From positions 1 to 38,910 of the forward strand of contig JAAWDW010000033.1 of NCBI GenBank assembly GCA_022793975.1: a stretch of 38,910 nt of DNA. Direction: 5' to 3'. The DNA is from Bacillota bacterium (lineage in GTDB: Bacteria > Bacillota > Clostridia > Peptostreptococcales > Anaerovoracaceae). Position 1 is the stretch's first letter. Every line of letters begins with the position of its first letter. The notes below the pieces were generated by a model, which was not told the DNA's origin, ran no database searches, and saw only the letters and a program-made list of their open reading frames with translations. The position numbers were made by a program, and so were the translations under genes. This document shows, piece after piece, positions 33,194 to 38,910 of the stretch.

Positions 33194-33940
33194 TTACCTT
33201 CCAAATGCTTCTATATACACGGATTCACCGTTTTCAAATGTTATTCTCCAAGTAGGAAGGGCCGTATCGGTAACAGCCTCCATACTGTCATATGATGCAG
33301 AATTCACCCAATACACAAGCTCTATATCGGAAATACGCACTTCTTCCGTCCCTTCTTTTTCCGCCATATATGAAATTAACGCAGCAGCAGCCGAAATGGT
33401 TTCCTGTTTTTTGGCGGAAAATTCACCCGGCTCAAGCCAATAACTGTCAAAGCCTGCAATTTCCCCACCTGTAAACGTACATACCATAAAACTTCCATCG
33501 AGTTTTAATTTATCCACCTCACAGCCGAAGACAACTTTTACCGTTTCTCCGCCATTTTCGCGGTCCGCGGGCTTTCTTACAATTTGCGCATCGGAAATAT
33601 ATTCGCTATTCATACCAAGATAGCTTATAAAATCACCCGCCGCTTCTATATACGCTTTGTCACTTTCGTCTTCTGCCTTTATATCTGTACTTTCAATAAG
33701 CGCTGCTGTTTCGTCTGCGGAAACACCTTTGTACTCAACTGAAAGCGCCGGCATACTTCCATGCTTTTTCGGTATCTTCTCTGCATCTACATAAATATTG
33801 CTGCTTTTGAGCACAGCAGCCAGCGCTTCTTCGTTTCCCGATTCTTCCGTATTATGCTTACCACCGTATGTAGCGATGAGAAAAATATCGGTTATAATCA
33901 GCGCTATTATTAAAATTGTCTTTGCTTTTGTCCAATCCAT
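33194..33940 (-). CDS. YycI-like membrane-anchored regulatory protein
   Basis: The N-terminus MDWTKAKTILIIALIITDIFL matches the conserved YycI N-terminus (MDW.K.K.IFI.AF..L..FL). The size is 248 aa, and the gene lies directly upstream of yycJ. Confidence 0.65.
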   Translation of the reverse strand: MDWTKAKTILIIALIITDIFLIATYGGKHNTEESGNEEALAAVLKSSNIYVDAEKIPKKHGSMPALSVEYKGVSADETAALIESTDIKAEDESDKAYIEAAGDFISYLGMNSEYISDAQIVRKPADRENGGETVKVVFGCEVDKLKLDGSFMVCTFTGGEIAGFDSYWLEPGEFSAKKQETISAAAALISYMAEKEGTEEVRISDIELVYWVNSASYDSMEAVTDTALPTWRITFENGESVYIEAFGR

Positions 33941-33966
33941 TTTTCTGTTCCCATAAAAAATACGGT

Positions 33967-35508
33967 TTAATTTACGTTTTCCTGTGTACGGCCTTCGGCA
34001 AAATTATTAAAGCCGAGAAAGTCTGCCGTATAAATATCAAAATATACCGCTAAATTTCCGGAATTCATAAAAAGCACATAGCACGGTGTAAGTTCATTTT
34101 CTTCTTCTCTATATAAATATCCGCTGCTCATATCGCATATGGCATCAGCAACATAGTTAAAGCGTTCGTCTGAGCTGTGCAGCAGATCTTGCTCTACTTT
34201 TTCCGCATTTTTTAATATCAGATTACCGCGATGCTGTGCATCCCTGAGCATTTTATATATACTTTCATAATCTCCGGCAATTACATTTAATGCTGAGGCC
34301 GTTTCCGTAAGTCCGCGTATATGAGCCTTTTCCTCGTCAAAATTAAGAAAATGTCTTTTAAAATATACTGCCTGTCCATCGCATATCTCTATTTCCAGCG
34401 GATTTCCGTTTTCAAAATATACATTTTCTCCTCCGGCGGTAAATCCGAATTCAAATCTGTACCCTCCACCACCAATTTCTCCCGCATAAGCTATATAAGG
34501 TGTCAGTTTCTGTTCTGTACTTGTTACAAATCCGCCTTGATCGGCAACGATAATAAGCGCTTTTTCCAGCGAAGCAAAGTATTTATCACTGCCTCCTCCG
34601 TTTCCGCTTCTGTCCGGCTGAGCTCTGTATTCGAGGCTTCCGTCTTTATCCGTTGTCAGTGTTCTTTCACCGTATCCGTACATATATATTATCCTGCCGC
34701 TCTTTTCCTCGATTTTTCGTACAAAATCAAAATTTCCGGAAAAAAAACTTCTCGCAGCAGCCTCAGCTTCCGACCCGTCTGCTTCTCCAAAATCACGCGT
34801 AATACGAAGCGGTGCAATATCCGTCTCCAGAATTGATGGAATCAGCACCCTTCCTCTTAGTTCACTTCCCACATACTGTTCAAGCGGATAGTACGTTTGA
34901 TTTTCCTCCGCTCCCAGTAATTTTGCTTCTTCCAAAAGAGGCGCCGATGAAAAATCCGAAACAATACGAAAATACTTATCGTTTTTTCCATCATATATAA
35001 ACATACTTTCCGTACTGCCCTGTGAAAATCCTATCTCACTTATACTTCCGACAGCATCGGTAGATTTTGGTCTATTAAGAGAAAGAAAACTGCAATATTC
35101 ATCGAACGGAAGATAATATTCAAACACCGCTCTCAGCGATACAAACCGCATTATTTCTTCATACTGCTCCTTTGTTATTTCTTCCGTATAAGTATCCTGC
35201 ATAGAAACAACAGTCTTAAATGCCTCAAGTACCGATATGCCGTTACCATTCCAGTATGCTTCTTTTCCTGCTGATATCTTTGTGTATGTCTCGTTATCAA
35301 AACATATATCAATATGACTCGGCACCACAACATCGCTTACCGCAATAACATTGTCTTTACCGTCATTAAAGCGAAAATCGGAAAGTGACAGTCGCGGCAG
35401 CTCTGCTCCTTTCCAAAAAAAATATAAAAGTAGTATTGTAAACAGAAACAATACTACCAAAACAACATTTTTAATTTTCTCTTTTATTGTATTTCCGGAT
35501 TGAGTCAT
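33967..35508 (-). CDS. YycH-like membrane-anchored protein (tentative)
   Basis: A single N-terminal TM segment follows EKIKNVVLVVLFLFTILLLYFFW. A large extracytoplasmic body follows, and the gene lies directly upstream of the yycI-like gene. The call rests mainly on gene order. Confidence 0.5.
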   Translation of the reverse strand: MTQSGNTIKEKIKNVVLVVLFLFTILLLYFFWKGAELPRLSLSDFRFNDGKDNVIAVSDVVVPSHIDICFDNETYTKISAGKEAYWNGNGISVLEAFKTVVSMQDTYTEEITKEQYEEIMRFVSLRAVFEYYLPFDEYCSFLSLNRPKSTDAVGSISEIGFSQGSTESMFIYDGKNDKYFRIVSDFSSAPLLEEAKLLGAEENQTYYPLEQYVGSELRGRVLIPSILETDIAPLRITRDFGEADGSEAEAAARSFFSGNFDFVRKIEEKSGRIIYMYGYGERTLTTDKDGSLEYRAQPDRSGNGGGSDKYFASLEKALIIVADQGGFVTSTEQKLTPYIAYAGEIGGGGYRFEFGFTAGGENVYFENGNPLEIEICDGQAVYFKRHFLNFDEEKAHIRGLTETASALNVIAGDYESIYKMLRDAQHRGNLILKNAEKVEQDLLHSSDERFNYVADAICDMSSGYLYREEENELTPCYVLFMNSGNLAVYFDIYTADFLGFNNFAEGRTQENVN

Positions 35509-35517
35509 AATAATTTC

Positions 35518-36039
35518 CTAATTACCGAAGATCGATTTGAGAAGCGACTGCAGAAAGTTGTTCACCGTTCCCGAACTGTTATTTGAGAATACCTCAGTAT
35601 CACTTGCTTTTTCCTCAACAGTAACACTCCGTGAAGTCTGATACTGCACTTTTCCGTCACTTCCTATTGTATCCACCCTTACTATGTAATTGCCATTGGC
35701 GATATTTTCAAGTTTTTTGGTATAAAAACTGAGATTTGTCGTCGTTGTAAAGTTCTCTGATTCGAATACAGAGTTCCAAGTGACAACTCTTGTTTCGGAT
35801 GCCGTACCGTCAGCTGCTATTGCACTCTGTGTAGTAACGGTCTCTTTGAGTACAGTTGTTCTTATTGTTTCGGGCTTGGTTATTTTAACGGAAATCAGGA
35901 GGCTTGTTGAATTTACCGGAGTATCCGCTACCGGATTTACAATTGTAAGATTCGGATCCGCTTCAGCAGCAAAAACAGTGCTGCAAGCACCTAAAATCAT
36001 TATTGCTGCAATTAAAAACGCGATTACAATTCTTTTCAA
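35518..36039 (-). CDS. Secreted Thr/Ser-rich beta-type protein of unknown function
   Basis: The signal peptide is MKRIVIAFLIAAIMILGACSTVFA|AE. The mature 150 aa are beta-strand-like (LLISVKITKPETIRTTVLKETV, GNYIVRVDTIGSDGKV). The TTG start lies 8 nt after AGGAG, and the gene ends 9 nt before the yycH-like gene. Confidence 0.6.
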   Translation of the reverse strand: MKRIVIAFLIAAIMILGACSTVFAAEADPNLTIVNPVADTPVNSTSLLISVKITKPETIRTTVLKETVTTQSAIAADGTASETRVVTWNSVFESENFTTTTNLSFYTKKLENIANGNYIVRVDTIGSDGKVQYQTSRSVTVEEKASDTEVFSNNSSGTVNNFLQSLLKSIFGN

Positions 36040-36308
36040 CGTTCCTGCTCCTTTCCTTAGATTTCTTTTTTATGACATTATACACCAAGATACTGACTTA
36101 AGTATACATTACCAATGTTACAGGTATATTACAACGGATTTAAGAGGCATTTACATTTACCTTTTACCTCCGTTTTAAGTAAAAAATATTGCATTGATAA
36201 GTATGCTTTATTCTCTGTAATGCCATTTGATTTTATGAATTTTCACAAAATTTTTAGCACACTCTTTAAAATTTTTGTTGTTTATTCACAAAAATTTTAA
36301 TTTTTATA

Positions 36309-36337
36309 TTGACACACACCATTTTTACCAGTATAAT
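36309..36337 (+). promoter_or_regulatory. Consensus sigma-A promoter upstream of the ABC transporter operon
   Basis: TTGACA (36309-36314) - 17 nt - TATAAT (36332-36337). Both hexamers are perfect. Confidence 0.6.
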
Positions 36338-36348
36338 CATATCAACAT

Positions 36349-36377
36349 AAAAATGCACTTATAAAATGTGCATTTTT
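36349..36377 (+). promoter_or_regulatory. 5' stem-loop at the predicted transcript start
   Basis: AAAAATGCAC / GTGCATTTTT forms a 10-bp stem with a 9-nt loop. It begins about 5 nt after the expected transcription start. Confidence 0.4.
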
Positions 36378-36400
36378 TATTATCCGCTTGCCGGTAAATC

Positions 36401-36425
36401 ATTCTTCTTACAGGAAGAATTTTTT
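36401..36425 (+). terminator. Terminator-like hairpin inside the leader of the ABC operon
   Basis: ATTCTTC-TTACAG-GAAGAAT is followed by TTTTT. It lies 50 nt upstream of the ATG at 36476. Confidence 0.4.
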
Positions 36426-36475
36426 AAAGACAGAGCGCGATATATTGTATATTAGAAGAAAGAAAGGTAAAAAAA

Positions 36476-37357
36476 ATGACAAGAACAACAAGAAGAATGC
36501 TGTCAATTTTGATGGCAGCCATTATGCTCTTCGCACTGGTCGCATGCGGAGGAGATGACACAGACAATCAGAACGGCGGCGAAAATAATATTAACGCAAC
36601 AGGCGTTGAAGATGGAGTTCTTACAGTCGGTATGGAATGTCAGTACGCACCGTACAACTGGACTCAGATGACAGATGAAAACGGAGCGGTTGCTATCGCC
36701 AACAATCCGGGTTCATACGCAAACGGATACGATGTAATGATGGCAAAGAAAATATGTGAAGCAAATGGTTGGGACCTTGAAATTATGGCCATCGACTGGG
36801 GCGGACTTATTCCTGCACTTGAAAGCGGACAAATAGATATGGTTATCGCAGGACAGTCTATGACAGAAGAAAGAATGGCACAGGTAGATATGGCGGGTCC
36901 TTATTTTTATGCTTCAATCGTATGCGTAACAAAAGCTGACAGCCCTCTTGCAAAGGCAAAAGGTATCTCAGAACTTACAGGTACCTGCACAGCTCAGAGC
37001 GGAACTATCTGGTATGATTCGTGTCTCGGACAGATTGAAGGCGCAGACATTCAGGCTGCTTCCGAAACTGCTCCGGCTATGATTATGGCGGTAGAATCAG
37101 GCACAGTCGATTTTATCTGTACAGATGTTCCGACAGCTATGGGCGCAGTCGCTACATATCCGGATCTTACAATCTTAAATTTTACTGGTCAGGACGATAA
37201 CTTCGTTGTCGATGAGGGTGAAATCAACATCGGCATTTCGGTAGCAAAGGGTAATACGGCGCTCTTTGATGCAGCAAACGATGTGCTCCGCACTATGACA
37301 GTTGATGATTTTGAATCAGTAATGAACGATGCACTTGCAGTTCAACCGGAAATCTAA
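36476..37357 (+). CDS. Amino-acid ABC transporter substrate-binding lipoprotein (SBP_bac_3 type)
   Basis: The lipobox is LFALVAC|GG. The family-3 SBP features are LTVGMECQYAPYNW, DLEIMAIDWGGLIPALESGQIDMVIAGQSMTEER and DFICTDVPTA. Confidence 0.82.
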   Translation: MTRTTRRMLSILMAAIMLFALVACGGDDTDNQNGGENNINATGVEDGVLTVGMECQYAPYNWTQMTDENGAVAIANNPGSYANGYDVMMAKKICEANGWDLEIMAIDWGGLIPALESGQIDMVIAGQSMTEERMAQVDMAGPYFYASIVCVTKADSPLAKAKGISELTGTCTAQSGTIWYDSCLGQIEGADIQAASETAPAMIMAVESGTVDFICTDVPTAMGAVATYPDLTILNFTGQDDNFVVDEGEINIGISVAKGNTALFDAANDVLRTMTVDDFESVMNDALAVQPEI

Positions 37358-37391
37358 AATTATTTAAGGAGAATACAGAGGTTTTAACAAA

Positions 37392-38279
37392 ATGGAACGA
37401 ATTATTGATCTGGGGCATGATATGGCCCGTGTATGGGCACAGTACCATCCTGCTTATCTTACAGGTGTGCGCAACACCCTCATACTTGCATTTGTCGCCA
37501 CTCTTGCCGGCGGCATTATCGGATTTATTTGTGGAATACTTAATACTATTCCGTATTCTAAAAACGATCCGGCAGTCAAACGAGGTTTTATAGCCTTTAT
37601 CCGCGGTATAGTACGCGTATATGTGGAATTCTTCCGCGGTACACCTATGGTGCTCCAGGCAGTTTTCATTTTTTACGGACTGCCGTATTTTACATTCAAT
37701 AAAGTGCAGTTTACCGGAAACAGCGGTATCTGGATTGCTTCGCTCATTATCGTTTCGATAAACACCGGCGCATATATGGCAGAATCCGTACGCGGAGGCA
37801 TCCTCTCAATAGACAGAGGCCAGACCGAAGGCGCTATGGCGATAGGTATGACGCATATTCAGACAATGACAAGTGTTATTCTCCCGCAGGCGCTGCGCAA
37901 TATTATGCCGCAGGTAGCAAACAACTTTATCATCAATATAAAGGATACCTCAGTAATGTTTATTATCGGTTTTATGGACCTCTTCGCTCAGCATAGGAAC
38001 ATAGTCGGTATCAATTATGCCTTTTTTCCATCGGCAGCAATAGAAATGCTCATGTACCTTGTAATGACGCTTGCCGCATCATGCATCCTTCGTTTTATCG
38101 AAAAGCGAATGGACGGAAATGACAATTATGAGCTTGTACTCGCTGATATTGCAACAGCTGCGGGAAATTATAATTTTCCTGATAAAGGCACACCTTTTGA
38201 CGAACAAAACCGTGAAATAGCACATGTGGAAAATGAAGAATGCTTGAGTACGAAAACATCCGAAAAGGAGGCGCAGTAA
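37392..38279 (+). CDS. Amino-acid ABC transporter permease (His/Glu/Gln/Arg/opine family) with a hydrophilic C-terminal tail
   Basis: The motifs are [30 protein letters not shown] and the EAA-type loop [27 protein letters not shown]. About 60 non-membrane residues follow the last TM segment. Confidence 0.85.
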   Translation: MERIIDLGHDMARVWAQYHPAYLTGVRNTLILAFVATLAGGIIGFICGILNTIPYSKNDPAVKRGFIAFIRGIVRVYVEFFRGTPMVLQAVFIFYGLPYFTFNKVQFTGNSGIWIASLIIVSINTGAYMAESVRGGILSIDRGQTEGAMAIGMTHIQTMTSVILPQALRNIMPQVANNFIINIKDTSVMFIIGFMDLFAQHRNIVGINYAFFPSAAIEMLMYLVMTLAASCILRFIEKRMDGNDNYELVLADIATAAGNYNFPDKGTPFDEQNREIAHVENEECLSTKTSEKEAQ

Positions 38280-38280
38280 A

Positions 38281-38910
38281 ATGGCAGACCCTATTCTGAA
38301 AATAAATCATTTATCAAAATCATTTGGCAAACACGAAATACTGCGCGATATCGACTTTAATGTGTACAAAGGCGATGTAACTAGTATCATCGGTATGTCA
38401 GGCTCAGGAAAGTCAACACTCCTGCGCTGCATCAACCTGCTCGAAACGCCGACAAGCGGCAACATAATATTCAGCGGCGAAAATATAACATCTGGCGCAA
38501 TGAGCCCTGCGGCATATCGCGCCAAAGTTGGTATGGTATTTCAGTCATTCAATTTGTTTGCCAATATGACGGTACTCGAAAACTGCATAGCAGGTCAGAT
38601 AAAAGTGCTCAAAAAGAGCAAAGATGAAGCACGGGCATGCGCTCTTCACTACCTTGATCAAGTTGGTATGGCCCCTTATATAAACGCTAAACCCCGTCAG
38701 ATATCCGGCGGTCAAAAGCAGCGTGTCGCCATCGCGCGTGCGCTGGCTATGTCGCCCGAAGTACTGCTGTTTGACGAGCCGACTTCGGCACTCGATCCCG
38801 AAATGGTCGGCGAAGTGCTCTCCGTTATGAGAACCCTTGCCAAAGACGGTATGACAATGCTCGTGGTAACACACGAAATGGCTTTTGCCCGTGATATAAG
38901 CAGCAAAGTC
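38281..38910 (+). CDS. Amino-acid ABC transporter ATP-binding protein (3' end off the window)
   Basis: This open-ended ORF is absent from the track. It starts at ATG 38281, 2 nt after the permease stop. It has Walker [10 protein letters not shown], the signature [15 protein letters not shown] and Walker [12 protein letters not shown]. Confidence 0.9.
   Translation, partial: MADPILKINHLSKSFGKHEILRDIDFNVYKGDVTSIIGMSGSGKSTLLRCINLLETPTSGNIIFSGENITSGAMSPAAYRAKVGMVFQSFNLFANMTVLENCIAGQIKVLKKSKDEARACALHYLDQVGMAPYINAKPRQISGGQKQRVAIARALAMSPEVLLFDEPTSALDPEMVGEVLSVMRTLAKDGMTMLVVTHEMAFARDISSKV

Noticed and set aside
36338-36475. A T-box leader upstream of the amino-acid ABC operon
   Set aside because: The leader is only about 130 nt. 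It has no specifier-loop architecture and no T-box sequence (AGGGUGGNACCGCG-like). I kept it only as an unclassified attenuator candidate.
1-38910. Defence systems, prophage, integrative elements, toxin-antitoxin pairs, tRNA/rRNA genes and CRISPR arrays
   Set aside because: I scanned both strands. There are no nuclease, helicase, methylase, integrase or transposase motifs, no cloverleaf-like GC-rich RNA genes, and no short regularly spaced repeats. The gene content is envelope, sporulation and bioenergetics housekeeping throughout.

Overview
This window reads as a chromosomal, core-type segment of a low-GC, spore-forming Firmicute, probably Clostridia. The taxon call rests on spoIIR, a SipL/SpoVID-like LysM protein, Rnf genes, and AGGAGG-type ribosome-binding sites (RBS) with many overlapping start/stop codons. 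I support 44 protein-coding genes. I found no tRNA, rRNA, CRISPR array, transposase, integrase or phage genes.

Genes from left to right:
- Envelope and housekeeping genes on the minus strand: S41 Ctp protease (partial), DUF1934, ddl, mscL, hslO, a phosphosugar mutase and htrA.
- A small alarmone synthetase on the plus strand.
- spoIIR and a LysM/DUF3794 sporulation protein.
- A Glu/Leu/Phe/Val-dehydrogenase-family gene paired with a PLP-dependent dehydratase-family gene.
- A 15.5-kb co-directional membrane-bioenergetics block on the minus strand (14096-29617).
- ktrB/ktrA-like K+ uptake genes.
- A yycH-yycI-yycJ-rlmH block.
- An amino-acid ABC transporter, whose ATPase gene is cut by the window end.

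The bioenergetics block is the most interesting part. It consists of an Mbh/Mbx-style 11-gene Mrp cluster (E-F-G-MbhD-MbhE-B-C-D-D-small ORF-D) with no catalytic module. This is followed by rnfD-G-E-A-B with its own promoter but no rnfC. After rnfB come a NusG_II membrane protein, a Gx/PF07456 membrane protein, an uncharacterised tandem-domain lipoprotein and a lipoprotein ApbE flavin transferase.

RnfG carries two FMN_bind domains with two SGAT flavinylation motifs. RnfE carries a six-cysteine C-terminal tail. I see no defence or mobile system. My best candidate for something undescribed is the RnfC-less Rnf core together with the NusG_II/Gx/tandem-lipoprotein/ApbE tail, possibly linked to the adjacent Mrp module.

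All functional calls come from motif recognition by eye. No database search was possible.
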